Below, one piece after another: positions 38,240 to 48,165 of a DNA stretch of 64,000 nucleotides; positions within the stretch are counted from its first letter, which is position 1, and each line of letters opens with the position of its first letter. This stretch comes from Ostreococcus lucimarinus (Eukaryota), in assembly GCA_000092065.1 (NCBI GenBank), contig CP000582.1; one strand, written 5' to 3'. The position numbers and the translations under genes were made by a program. The notes under the pieces were generated by a model that saw only the letters and a list, made by a program, of their open reading frames with translations, had not been told where the DNA came from and made no database searches.

Positions 38240-41143
38240 ATGGCGCGCGCGCGCGCGCGGTGGACGACGCGCGCGGCGCTCGCGCTGGCGCTGCTCGCGC
38301 TGTCGGCGCCGCGACGCGCGTCGAGCGCGGACGCGAGGGGGGAATCGACGAGACGCGTCGGAGATTCGCGCGCGCGCGGAAGACCGCTCGTCGTCGTGTC
38401 GCTGGACGGCGTCGTGCGCGCGCTGGACGCGGACACGGGCGATAACGTGTGGGCGTTCGACTCGGGAGGCGCGCTCGCGGGGGCGTCGTGGACGAGCGCG
38501 GGCGAGGACGCGCGGGCGCTGACGCCGCGGAGCGCGGCGAGCGGGACGCGAACGCGAAACGTGTTCCCGGGCGTCGACGGCGCGCTGTACGCGCATCACG
38601 TCGATCAGGACGCGAAACACGTCGTGCGGAGGTTGCCGGTGACGACGCGGGAGCTGGTGGAGGCGAGCCCGAGCGCGACGCGAGACGGGGCGCTGGTGGT
38701 GGGACGACGGTCGTCGACGATTTACGCGCTGCGCGCGAGCACGGGGGCGCTGGTGCGGAGCGTGGACGTCGATGGGACGATCACGAGCGTGATGGGAGGC
38801 GACGCGATGAACGGGGCGGACGAGGAGTTGATTTACGTCGGGCGCACGGAGTACGTGGTGCGGAGCGTGGACGCGGAGACGGGCGAGGAGCGATGGAACG
38901 TGACGCACGGCGAGTTGCGAAGTCTGAGTCGAGACTCGGACACGGGCGCGCTGCGCATAGGAACGGATCGCGCGAGCGATGCGGGATCGCTCGTGATCGG
39001 GCCAGGAAACGTGGTTCGAAGCGTGGACGAGGAAACGGGGGAGATTAAGTGGTCAAAGCGAATGGCGTCGTTGCCTTTGGGCGTGAGCGACGCGAGCGGG
39101 CGCGTCATCGTGGAGAACGCGGCGCAGATTCCAGCCGAAAGCGACGATAAAATTATTGTCGGCACGCACGAGAGAGGATTGTTCGCGCTTCCGTACACCG
39201 CCAGTGCGGGCGAAGGTTTACGAGACGGATCCGACAGCTCGAACGCCCTCGTCGCCGCGAGCGAAAGCGAAGACTTCGTTCGCGTCGATATAGGGAGCGA
39301 CGAGGACGATTGGTCGTGCATTCCTGAAGATTTGGTCAAGGCGACGCTCGATAAGACTTCGTCGAGGTTACCGGGTTCGAGAACGTCGCGACGAGCGCTC
39401 AACGTGCTGCTCGTCGGCGGCTTGTCCATCGTCTTCGTGTACTTGACGCAATTGAAGAGGCGAAATATAGAGGTCCACGACGTGAACGCACCGTCGAGCG
39501 TGGTGACAGGAGTAGAGGATGCAGAACAAGAGCATCAACGCACCGCTGCGGCGAAAAAACGAGCGAAAAAGCGGGCGAAACAAGCCGAAGCGCGAGCCGC
39601 TGAGGCGGAGCTCGCGGCGAAGATTCAGGAAGTCATGGAAGAAAAGACGCGCGAGGAAACGCGAGTCGGGCGCTTGCGCATTAAACCATCCGTGCTGGGA
39701 TACGGCTCGTGCGGTACGATCGTGTTCGAAGGCGAGCTGGATGGACGGCGCGTCGCGGTGAAGCGCTTGCTGGCGCAGTTTCACGAACTTGCGCGCAAGG
39801 AGCTTCAGGCTCTCATCGCCTCAGACGAGCACCCGAATATTTTGAGATGCTTTGCGCTCGAGGAAGACTCGAACTTCGTGTATATGGCGCTTGAGCTCTG
39901 CGCGTCGTCACTCGCTCGCGTCGTCGATCCTGTCGGGGCGGCGAACGAGAGCGAATCGTCCGCGGCGGAGACGAACGCGAAAGCGTTAAACATCAAATGC
40001 ATCGACGAGGCGACAAAGTATCCGACGGCAGAGTGCTTAAGAATTCTACACGACGTCGTCGCGGGTTTGGCCGCACTCCACGGGCAAGGCATCATTCATC
40101 GCGATTTGAAACCACAAAACGTCTTGATAACGTCGTCTGGACGAGGGAAAATCGCCGACATGGGACTCGCCAAGCGCGTGAACGTGTCCGAGGGAACGTC
40201 TTTTTACACGCACACGAACGGAAATTTGAACGTCAACGACGCGGCGGGCACGTCGGGTTGGCAAGCCCCCGAGCGATTGACGCAGGGGCGTCAATCGCGC
40301 TCTGTCGACGTCTTCAGTCTCGGTTGCTTGATGTACTACTGTCTCACGGGTGGTGCTCACCCGTTCGGTGAGAGGCTCCAGCGCGACGCCAATGTCGTCG
40401 CAAACAGCTACGACGTGTCCAAGCTGAAGTATTTCCCCGAAGCCGAGGCTTTGGTGAAGGCGTGCATCGACGCCGATCCATCCAAACGACCGTCGGCGAC
40501 GGAAATCTTGGCGCACCCGATGTGGTGGGACGCCGAGAAGAAGCTTCAGTTCCTTATCGATGCCTCGGACCGAGTCGAACTAGAAGATCGCATGAGCGAT
40601 CGATCGTTGCTGCGCGCGTTCGAGACGCGCGCGAAGTCCTCGATCGCGTGCGATGACTGGACCAAAAAGCTCGACGCCGCGTTGCTCGAAAATCTTGGGC
40701 GATACCGCGAGTACGACGGAACTTCTCTGCGCGACTTGCTTCGAGTCATACGCAACAAGGCGAATCACTACCGTGAGCTTCCTCCCAAGCTCCAACGCAC
40801 GCTTGGGTCGTATCCAGACGGCTTGTGGCGATACGTTTCCATCCGATTCCCCGCCCTGCTCCTCGGCGTGCGCGATTTCTTCGCCCCCTCGGCGGCGCGA
40901 GAACCCACCCTCGCGAAGTATTTCCTCAGCATCGATGCCGCGTCGAAAGCTTCATTCGCTCCACCGCTGGCGCGCGCCGAGTCCATCCCCGACAAGCCCT
41001 TAATAGCCCCCCAAGTCTTCCCGAGCCGTCCCGGCCGCGAGCCGTGCGAATTCTACATGAAAACTGGCCGCTGCAAGTTCGGCGCCACGTGCAAGTTCGA
41101 TCATCCTCAAGGCGTGCACTGGGACGTTCACAACGAACGATGA
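38240..41143 (+). CDS. IRE1: IRE1-type ER stress sensor kinase/endoribonuclease, with an extra C-terminal CCCH zinc finger.
   Basis: A signal peptide is followed by PQQ-like luminal beta-propeller repeats (VVVSLDGVVRALDADTGDNVWAF...). Then comes a TM segment, a kinase domain (VAVKRLL, HRDLKPQNVLI, DMGLAK) and a KEN RNase domain (DAEKKLQFLIDASDRVE...LRDLLRVIRNKANHYRELP). The last ~30 aa add CEFYMKTGRCKFGATCKFDH (C-x8-C-x5-C-x3-H). The track start is GTG at 38186, and the ATG is at 38240. Confidence 0.85.
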   Translation: MARARARWTTRAALALALLALSAPRRASSADARGESTRRVGDSRARGRPLVVVSLDGVVRALDADTGDNVWAFDSGGALAGASWTSAGEDARALTPRSAASGTRTRNVFPGVDGALYAHHVDQDAKHVVRRLPVTTRELVEASPSATRDGALVVGRRSSTIYALRASTGALVRSVDVDGTITSVMGGDAMNGADEELIYVGRTEYVVRSVDAETGEERWNVTHGELRSLSRDSDTGALRIGTDRASDAGSLVIGPGNVVRSVDEETGEIKWSKRMASLPLGVSDASGRVIVENAAQIPAESDDKIIVGTHERGLFALPYTASAGEGLRDGSDSSNALVAASESEDFVRVDIGSDEDDWSCIPEDLVKATLDKTSSRLPGSRTSRRALNVLLVGGLSIVFVYLTQLKRRNIEVHDVNAPSSVVTGVEDAEQEHQRTAAAKKRAKKRAKQAEARAAEAELAAKIQEVMEEKTREETRVGRLRIKPSVLGYGSCGTIVFEGELDGRRVAVKRLLAQFHELARKELQALIASDEHPNILRCFALEEDSNFVYMALELCASSLARVVDPVGAANESESSAAETNAKALNIKCIDEATKYPTAECLRILHDVVAGLAALHGQGIIHRDLKPQNVLITSSGRGKIADMGLAKRVNVSEGTSFYTHTNGNLNVNDAAGTSGWQAPERLTQGRQSRSVDVFSLGCLMYYCLTGGAHPFGERLQRDANVVANSYDVSKLKYFPEAEALVKACIDADPSKRPSATEILAHPMWWDAEKKLQFLIDASDRVELEDRMSDRSLLRAFETRAKSSIACDDWTKKLDAALLENLGRYREYDGTSLRDLLRVIRNKANHYRELPPKLQRTLGSYPDGLWRYVSIRFPALLLGVRDFFAPSAAREPTLAKYFLSIDAASKASFAPPLARAESIPDKPLIAPQVFPSRPGREPCEFYMKTGRCKFGATCKFDHPQGVHWDVHNER

Positions 41144-41215
41144 CACGACGACCGATCCATTTATTTCCACGCGCTCAGCTCGCCGTGCGCGCGCTGTGTA
41201 ACTTCAGACCACTTC

Positions 41216-41252
41216 TCAAACCAAATCAAACCAAACCAAACCACACCAAACC
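41216..41252. repeat. Short (AAACC)n-like microsatellite in the IRE1-MinD spacer.
   Basis: caaaccaaatcaaaccaaaccaaaccacaccaaacc. Confidence 0.7.
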
Positions 41253-41480
41253 GCCAGGGCGCGCCGAGGATCGGGCCGAGCCGAACCCATCGCGCCGCAC
41301 ACCACGACGCTCGCGAACGCACGTCTCGCGGAAACTCGCCGATCGCGACGCACGAACGCGCTCGATCGTACGAACGCTCGACGCACCGCGCACGTCCTCG
41401 CGAGGCGCCGCGAACCGCGACGATCGCGAGTCGTTATTTCAAACCGAGATCGACAGATACCGAAAGCTTGATCGCCACGA

Positions 41481-42467
41481 ATGATGTCGCAAACAGCCGT
41501 GCGCGCCGCGCACACGAGCGGTGTTCGCGCGAGAAACGTGCGTAAGACGTCTGGGTGCGCGGCCGCGACGCGAGGGACGGTGAAGCGCGCGGAAAGTGGA
41601 CGCAGAGGGGCGACGGCGCGACGAGCGAGCGGCGCGAGCGAGACGCCGACTGGGGACGGCGATGCGCAAGTCGTCGTCGTGACCTCCGGGAAGGGTGGCG
41701 TCGGGAAAACGACGTCGAGTGCGAATCTTGGGATGAGCATGGCGCGTTTGGGGTATCGCGTGGCGCTCATCGATGCGGATATCGGATTGCGTAATCTCGA
41801 CTTGTTGCTCGGGTTGGAAAATCGAGTGATGTACACGGCGATGGAGGTGCTGGAGGGTGAGTGCCGGATGGAACAGGCATTGATTCGCGACAAACGGTGG
41901 CGCACGTTGGCGTTGTTGCCGATTTCGAAGAACCGAGCGAGGTATAACGTGACGAAGAACAACATGCAGACGCTCATCAAGGTGTTGAAGGAGATGGAGT
42001 TTCAATACATCATCATCGATTGCCCGGCTGGGATCGATGTGGGTTTCATCAACGCCATCGCGTGTGCGGACAGCGCTGTTATTGTGACGACGCCGGAAAT
42101 CACGGCCATTCGTGATGCCGATCGCGTGGCTGGGTTGTTGGAGGCTAACGGCGTGTACGACGTCAAGCTCTTGGTAAATCGCGTGCGAGCGGATATGATC
42201 AAAAAGAACGACATGATGAGCGTGAAGGACGTGCAGGAGATGCTCGGCGTGCCGCTTCTTGGCGCGATTCCGGAAGACACGGAAGTCATCGTGAGCACGA
42301 ACAGAGGGGAGCCGCTTGTGTTGAAGAAGAAGCTCACCTTGGCGGGCATCGCGTACGAAAACGCCGCGAGACGCATCTCTGGCAAGAGTGATTTCCTCAT
42401 CGATCTCGACAAGCCGAAGAAGGGCTTATTCCAACGCGTGGGCGAGTTCTTCGCGGGCGACGAATAA
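41481..42467 (+). CDS. minD: Plastid division protein MinD (ParA/MinD ATPase), nuclear-encoded with a transit peptide.
   Basis: VVTSGKGGVGKTTSSANLG (deviant Walker A), IDADIGLRNLDLLLG, IIIDCPAGI. The ~50-aa N-terminal extension is rich in Ser/Ala/Arg/Thr. Confidence 0.9.
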   Translation: MMSQTAVRAAHTSGVRARNVRKTSGCAAATRGTVKRAESGRRGATARRASGASETPTGDGDAQVVVVTSGKGGVGKTTSSANLGMSMARLGYRVALIDADIGLRNLDLLLGLENRVMYTAMEVLEGECRMEQALIRDKRWRTLALLPISKNRARYNVTKNNMQTLIKVLKEMEFQYIIIDCPAGIDVGFINAIACADSAVIVTTPEITAIRDADRVAGLLEANGVYDVKLLVNRVRADMIKKNDMMSVKDVQEMLGVPLLGAIPEDTEVIVSTNRGEPLVLKKKLTLAGIAYENAARRISGKSDFLIDLDKPKKGLFQRVGEFFAGDE

Positions 42468-42547
42468 TTAGTATACTATCATTTCATCGCACGTTTTAAC
42501 GTACAAGCCTACCATTTGCTACCTTTGATTATAAATCGCTCTCGCAC

Positions 42548-43687
42548 TCAGCGCCCGACGTCAAACTTACACACGCAGTCGTAAAGCTCACCGTCTAAAA
42601 GCTCCGCGACTTCCAAGTGCTTCACCATACCGAGCTTCAAGGCGTCTATTTTTACGAACTTGGCCCATAAATTCGTCTCGATGCCGCGTCCCATGCCCTC
42701 GAGCACGAGCAAATCGCAAGTCTCAGCTTCGGCGCACGCCTCGGCGGACAAGTACCTCAGGTCGATCACCGGCATGTCGCTCCCCGACGACACGACACGC
42801 ATGCGCTTTCCCACGATCGCATCGCGCAGTACGCTATCGCCCATCTCGAGCAAAGCTGGAATTATTTGTTCACGCATCTCGAGAGCGGTGACGTCGTTGA
42901 TCGAAGGCGTCTCGTTCGCCGCGACGACGACTTCGGTGCCTCGTCGAAGCAGTTCGCGAATGAACGGAATCATCCCCAAGCACACGTCTGCACCAGCGTT
43001 GTCGACGAACACGATCGCCTTCGCGTGCGTCTTCGTCGCGAATCGCGCTCGCAGCGCGTCGAAATCGTCGACGCACCACGGTCGCGGCTTCAATCCGTTC
43101 ACCGTCGACGCAAAGTCCACGCCGTCGGTGTCGTATAAATCCGCGCTCGACGCCGCGCCCAAATCAAATATATTTCCCGCGAACACTCCTCGCACGAGCG
43201 CCAAAAGCCGTTCGCCGTCGTCCTCGATCCCGTCCGTCGCCGCCAGCGCGCCCGCCAGCGCTCGCAGCGCCGTCGCGTTCTCCGCCGCCTTCACGCCGCG
43301 AAAGCAATCCGCGAATCCGCATCGCCGTAAAATCCCATCGCGCGCGCGGCACATCTCCAAGCAATTCACCCCCTCCCACGGCGCCCACCACGCGCCGCCG
43401 CTCGCCTCGCCTCGACACGCCTCGCGCGCGTCCTCGTCCCCCGCCTCGCACCGCGCGCACGCCGCCTCGAACGCCCGCGCGAACGCCCGCGCGCGCGCCG
43501 TCGCGCCGTCGCCCGACGCCTCGTCCAGCGCCGCTCGGCGCTCGAACGACGCCGCGGACGCGCGAAAGACGCCGACCCACGCGCGGCGCTGCGCGTCCGT
43601 CGTCCACGGCGCGAACGTCACGGGCGCGTACGTCGCGTCGAGCCACGGGAACGCGACGGGCGCGCCGGAAGACTCGCGCGCGGGCAT
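42548..43687 (-). CDS. DUF89 family metal-dependent phosphatase (ARMT1 / At2g17340 / pantothenate-kinase-4 C-terminal-like damage-control phosphatase).
   Basis: FVDNAGADVCLGMIPFIRELLRRGTEVVVAANETPSINDVTALE is the DUF89 core (DNAG...P..NDVT..E). The track ORF reaches 44047 through Arg-rich junk. I used the ATG at 43687 (MPARESSGAPVAFPW...). Confidence 0.7.
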   Translation of the reverse strand: MPARESSGAPVAFPWLDATYAPVTFAPWTTDAQRRAWVGVFRASAASFERRAALDEASGDGATARARAFARAFEAACARCEAGDEDAREACRGEASGGAWWAPWEGVNCLEMCRARDGILRRCGFADCFRGVKAAENATALRALAGALAATDGIEDDGERLLALVRGVFAGNIFDLGAASSADLYDTDGVDFASTVNGLKPRPWCVDDFDALRARFATKTHAKAIVFVDNAGADVCLGMIPFIRELLRRGTEVVVAANETPSINDVTALEMREQIIPALLEMGDSVLRDAIVGKRMRVVSSGSDMPVIDLRYLSAEACAEAETCDLLVLEGMGRGIETNLWAKFVKIDALKLGMVKHLEVAELLDGELYDCVCKFDVGR

Positions 43688-43991
43688 CGCCGCGCGCGCC
43701 CGCGCGCGTCGGCGAGCGCGGGCGCGCGCGCGCGGGCGCCGCGCGCCGGTCGCGACCGTGGCGACCGACCGCGTGTCCCGCGTGGGGTAAACAGTACCAC
43801 GTGATGTATGGTGACCGAATGTCCGAACATGTACACGTTCACACTGTCTGCGCATACAAAATAAATAAACCGACCCCCCCGATCCGCGCGTACGCGACGC
43901 CGATCGCGCGCCATGAAATCGAACGCGACCCGATCCGTGGACGCCCGTCGTCGCCCGCGCGCGCGTCCGCACACAAGCACGCACGCGCACG

Positions 43992-44789
43992 ATGTTCGCG
44001 ATGTCCACGATGCAAACCGCCGCGGCGCGCGCCGTTTTCGTCTCCAAGTGCGTCGCGATCTCGCGCGAGCGCGCGCGTCGGAAAACGCGACGCGACGCGA
44101 AGACCGCGCGCGATGGATCGTTCGCGTCGCGATCGCGGCGCGATGCGACGACGTTCGACGCGATGCCGCGCGCGCGGCGACGCGACGACGGCGAGCGGTG
44201 ACTGACGAACGCGCGCGATCATTTCGCTTCTTCGAACCCGCAGGCCGACGGCGACGAAGCGCCGCACGACGATCGTCCGCGCGGAGGGCGACGCCGCGGT
44301 GCGTCTCGAGATACGCGAGCGTATCGTGGATGCGACGCGTCGCGGTGATTCGACGTCTCGCGAGGCCGATCGCGACGCGCGCGACGAAGACGCGCGACTG
44401 ACGATGAAGAAAAATGTTTGGGACGACGCAGGAACCCGCGAAGGCGGCGCCGCCGGCGATCGGACCGCCGAGAGGCTCGAAGGTGCGCGCGGGGAGACTT
44501 ATCGCGACGACGCGCGCGCGGTATCGCGGACGACGGCGACCGATCGGGACGGGAGAGGCGCGTTGGCGAGCGAAGGACTGTGACTGACGATGTGTGCGCG
44601 CGGTGTGCGGTTTGCGAATGGACGTAGGTTAAGATTTTGCGCCCGGAATCGTACTGGTTCAACGACTACGGCAAGGTCATCTCCGTCGATCAATCCGGCG
44701 TGCGGTACCCGGTTGTCGTTCGTTTCGAAAAGGTCAACTACGCGGGTGTTTCCACGAACAACTACGCGCTCGATGAGATCGAGTACTAA
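43992..44789 (+). CDS. psaE: Photosystem I subunit IV (PsaE) precursor, 3 exons. The ORF track misses it.
   Basis: Exon 1 runs 43992..44047 ([19 protein letters not shown]) with a GTGCGT donor. Exon 2 runs 44410..44482 ([24 protein letters not shown]) with a GTGCGC donor. Exon 3 runs 44628..44789 after a tag acceptor. It reads [53 protein letters not shown], which is near-identical to green-algal PsaE. The total is 97 aa, the same length as the Chlamydomonas precursor. The exon 1/2 junction is less certain than exon 3. Confidence 0.8.
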
Positions 44790-45096
44790 GTGGGCACCTC
44801 GTGGGTGAAACCGAGAACGGCTGGCGCGAGCGATCGTCGCGGCGAGCGCGCCTCGCAAGGCGCGCTCGGCGGCGCGACTTCGTTCGCGGGCGCGCCGTTC
44901 GAGGCGCAATAGACAAATAGCACACGCAACAATTCGAGAGATCGAGGTTTATAATGACGCATCTCACGATATAACGACGCATCGATCGATCACGCGCCGT
45001 CTGCTCGCTCGCGCGCGATCCGCGTCGTCTCCGCGCCGCGCCGAACACCCGTCCCTCTCGCGCGCGCGACTTCCGCACTCGCGCGCGCGACGCGCG

Positions 45097-47832
45097 ATGT
45101 CGCGCGCGTCGGCGAGCGAACGCGCGAGTCTTCTCGCGTCGTCGTCGACGTCGATCGACGTCGAGCGCGGGCGCGACGCACCGTCATCGTCGTCGGCGCG
45201 CGTGGGTGTTAACACCCACGATGACGCTCGAGCGCCGTCACCGTCGACGCGGACGCGTTCGCGGGCGTGCGCGGTCGCCGCAGCGTGCGTGATCGCGTGC
45301 GCGATCGCCGCGGCGTGCGCGGGCGACGCACGGGCGAGATCGCGCGCGCGGCTCGGGCTCGAGATCGGGCGCGAGTCCGACGCGAACGCGACGATGGAGG
45401 CGGGCCGAGAGACGGCGGCGATGGGAGCGTCGAAGCGCGACAACGTGGACGATAGGGCGATGCGGGATGAATTTTTAGAGTCGCAGGCGGCGAGCGTGAC
45501 GAAGGCGCACGAGGCGAAGGCGAAGGCGTTCTCGACGGAGCTGGCGAAGGAGTGGCGACGGTTCGAGGAGCGCTCGCGGCGAACCGAGGATTCGGACGGC
45601 GACGTCATATGGATGGTGCGAACGGCAGAGTACGCCAATGTAGCGATGGATAAGAGAGGGTGGTGGCGACCGCGGACGTTGACGCAGCGAGATAAAGGGG
45701 ATTGGATGATGAGTTCGGTGGGGGCGCGCACGGACCCAGCGGCGACGGCAGCCTTGAGCTTGCAAGAGCGCTTGGCGCACTCGCAAGCGCATCGTGAGGC
45801 GATGATTTTTAACTCGTGTCCGAGTTTAGTGTACTTGGGTGCGGAATACGCGAGTCATACGTGGCCTTCGACCGTGCGCCAGCTCGGTTTCGCGCACGGT
45901 TTGCGCGGGACGACGACCGGGACGATGGATACGCTCAAGAGCGTTCGCATGAACCCTAAGGGTCCTAACTTTGTTTTGGGTGCGAGCGACGGCCTGAGTT
46001 ACGAAGGTTTATCCGCGATGCTCGGCACGATGAGCGCTCGCGACAACGGACGTTTAGACGAATCCAAATCGCTCTTTCTCATCGCAGGCGTGCGCGACCC
46101 GCTCAAGCGAGCCATCGAGGCTTACATGCAATACGGCGTTGCTCGTCGAGGCTGGGAGCCGACGGTGGAGAGCTTTGAAAATTTCGTGTTCGGGCGCTAC
46201 GGGCGGCTGGCGCACGTGGGGAACATACAGTTTAAGATGCTCGCTCCGGAGGAGTTGGTGAAAAAGGCGCTCGAGCGTGAAGCTCTTCAAGCAAAAGCAC
46301 CTCCGATCAAGGATGCGGAGATCATGCGTGTATTGAACACGTATGATCTCGTCGTGACGCCAGAGCACGACCTTTTGGCCCGTCTGCTTGTGAAGCAGAT
46401 GCTGTACCGCGTCGTTTCCGTAAGACAAATTTTAACGCCACCAGATGTCGGATACGCGAGGCTCGATCGCTTCGGGTTTAAGAGGTACGACGTCGAGGAT
46501 AAGGAAAACGTTTTACCGAAACCTTTGTTGGAGTATGTCAACAGTCGGGCGTTCAAAGTGAGGTTCAACAGGCTTAACTTGCTGGATCAAAAGCTGTACG
46601 ACGCCGCAAACGCGCGGCTGCTAAGAATGTGGAAGGAGCATCACGTGGTCGAAAGTTACTTGGCGTGGCGAGAATCTGTGCACGATTACGTCATGCCGAA
46701 ATTGATGAACACTCAGAGCCTAAAGGCGGCGAGAGAGTTATCGCAAAGCAGCCCTCGAGTGGCAAAAGTGTGCCCGTCAGGGCACGAGGATGACTGCTCT
46801 ACCGTATTCGAAGAGCACGCTGACGAGTTCCTCGCCGAAGAGAAGCGCCGACACGCCAGCGAGCAGTGCATGTTTGAGAACTACGGTTGTTTCAGTCGTC
46901 AATTGGTAAATCTCGGGCTTTTGCACTACAAAAGGACTCGAACCGCCGAACTGGCGAGTTTTTTCAAACAGCAAGAGACGCCAGAGTCGTATGGTACCGC
47001 CAAGGCGGCCTCGTGCGCCGGGGTGGCAATGGTTTCGGAGATTCGATTTTGCGCCGATAACGCGACTTTAGGCGACGGTGTCGTCGGTAAAGCCATGACG
47101 GGCCTAGCGGATTCGATTTATCTTCTCTGTGCCCGACACGCATGCGAAAACTTGTGCGTGCCGAAGAGTTGGGAAACCAAGGTTCGCGTTGTCGACGGCG
47201 CCAAGATTGACCGATGCTTCGGTATACAAGCAACCGAGAACCATTTCCGCCGCGCCACGCTCTCGCATGGAGCGATCGTCGCACACGCCAGGCAGGAAAA
47301 GTTTCGGAACGTCGCGGTCGTGGAGGTAGACGTCAACTTTGTCGACCCGGATCCATCCAACTATCCCGACTACGACGCCGCGAAGTCGGTTCAGTCAATC
47401 GCAAAACACATCGATGGTAACACGGCCGCAGATTCTGACGATCCATTCACCATCATTCGTCTCGGCTATCGCGCGTGGGAGTTTGAGCGCGGCGTCGTGG
47501 CGTGCCCTCACGGCTGCGGTTGTCGCCGCGGCGCCGACGGCGCCGACGACTCCTACTGCGTCGTCACCCGAGCGCAGTGCGACCTCCGCGGCTCCCACGC
47601 CTACATTCTCTCCGGAGACTCCTTCAACCTCTTCCTCGAGCCCGTGCTGAGCAAAAAGCGCACGCAAACCAAGGTGATCGACTTCAACGTCTTTCAACGA
47701 TTTCCCCAGCAGCTCGTGCTCGAGCCCATGCTCGCCGCGCAAGCCGGTTACTCCAACGACGCCGACGTTATCGGCGTCGACCAGCAATTCCACGACGCTC
47801 GTCGCTTCGCGCAATCGTGCGTCGTTCGTTAG
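45097..47832 (+). CDS. Large (911 aa) type II membrane protein, possibly a Golgi sulfotransferase-like domain joined to an unknown C-terminal domain.
   Basis: N-terminal cytoplasmic tail, then a TM anchor CAVAAACVIACAIAAACA. The luminal region carries candidate PAPS-binding elements (GLRGTTTGTMDTL as 5'-PSB-like, FLIAGVRDPLKRAIEAY as 3'-PB RDP-like) and many conserved-looking Cys. The family call is weak. Confidence 0.45.
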   Translation: MSRASASERASLLASSSTSIDVERGRDAPSSSSARVGVNTHDDARAPSPSTRTRSRACAVAAACVIACAIAAACAGDARARSRARLGLEIGRESDANATMEAGRETAAMGASKRDNVDDRAMRDEFLESQAASVTKAHEAKAKAFSTELAKEWRRFEERSRRTEDSDGDVIWMVRTAEYANVAMDKRGWWRPRTLTQRDKGDWMMSSVGARTDPAATAALSLQERLAHSQAHREAMIFNSCPSLVYLGAEYASHTWPSTVRQLGFAHGLRGTTTGTMDTLKSVRMNPKGPNFVLGASDGLSYEGLSAMLGTMSARDNGRLDESKSLFLIAGVRDPLKRAIEAYMQYGVARRGWEPTVESFENFVFGRYGRLAHVGNIQFKMLAPEELVKKALEREALQAKAPPIKDAEIMRVLNTYDLVVTPEHDLLARLLVKQMLYRVVSVRQILTPPDVGYARLDRFGFKRYDVEDKENVLPKPLLEYVNSRAFKVRFNRLNLLDQKLYDAANARLLRMWKEHHVVESYLAWRESVHDYVMPKLMNTQSLKAARELSQSSPRVAKVCPSGHEDDCSTVFEEHADEFLAEEKRRHASEQCMFENYGCFSRQLVNLGLLHYKRTRTAELASFFKQQETPESYGTAKAASCAGVAMVSEIRFCADNATLGDGVVGKAMTGLADSIYLLCARHACENLCVPKSWETKVRVVDGAKIDRCFGIQATENHFRRATLSHGAIVAHARQEKFRNVAVVEVDVNFVDPDPSNYPDYDAAKSVQSIAKHIDGNTAADSDDPFTIIRLGYRAWEFERGVVACPHGCGCRRGADGADDSYCVVTRAQCDLRGSHAYILSGDSFNLFLEPVLSKKRTQTKVIDFNVFQRFPQQLVLEPMLAAQAGYSNDADVIGVDQQFHDARRFAQSCVVR

Positions 47833-48165
47833 CACACCATCATAGCTTAGCCCTTCAACAGCGACGTCACGACGTCCTCGCGCGCCGAATTCCTTCGCGT
47901 CGCGCTCGGCGGTTGAAACGCGCGCCCGACGCCAACCCTCGGTCAAGCTGTAGGATCGCTTTTCGGCGACGTCAAACGCGCGCGCGCCGCGAGGAAGCGC
48001 GCGTCTCGCGCCCATCGACGCGAAACCCTCCATTGTCGCCATCACCGCGCGCGCGCGTTCTCGCGGCGCGTCGTCGACGCGCGCGCGCCGTCCGAGTCGC
48101 CGAAAAGCGATCGCCGCCGCCGGTGCAGACGCGCGCGGTCGCGCCTAAAACGCGCGTCGAACGCC

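Noticed and set aside
37226-38908. ORFs 37226..37936 (plus), 37450..38436 (minus), 37812..38522 (plus) and 37925..38908 (minus)
   Set aside because: Pro/Ser/Arg low-complexity that overlaps the uL24 gene and the IRE1 N-terminus in the wrong frames.
43164-44401. Multiple Arg/Gly-rich ORFs around the DUF89-PsaE divergent region
   Set aside because: Compositional artefacts. The real genes here are DUF89 (minus, ending at 43687) and the three-exon PsaE.
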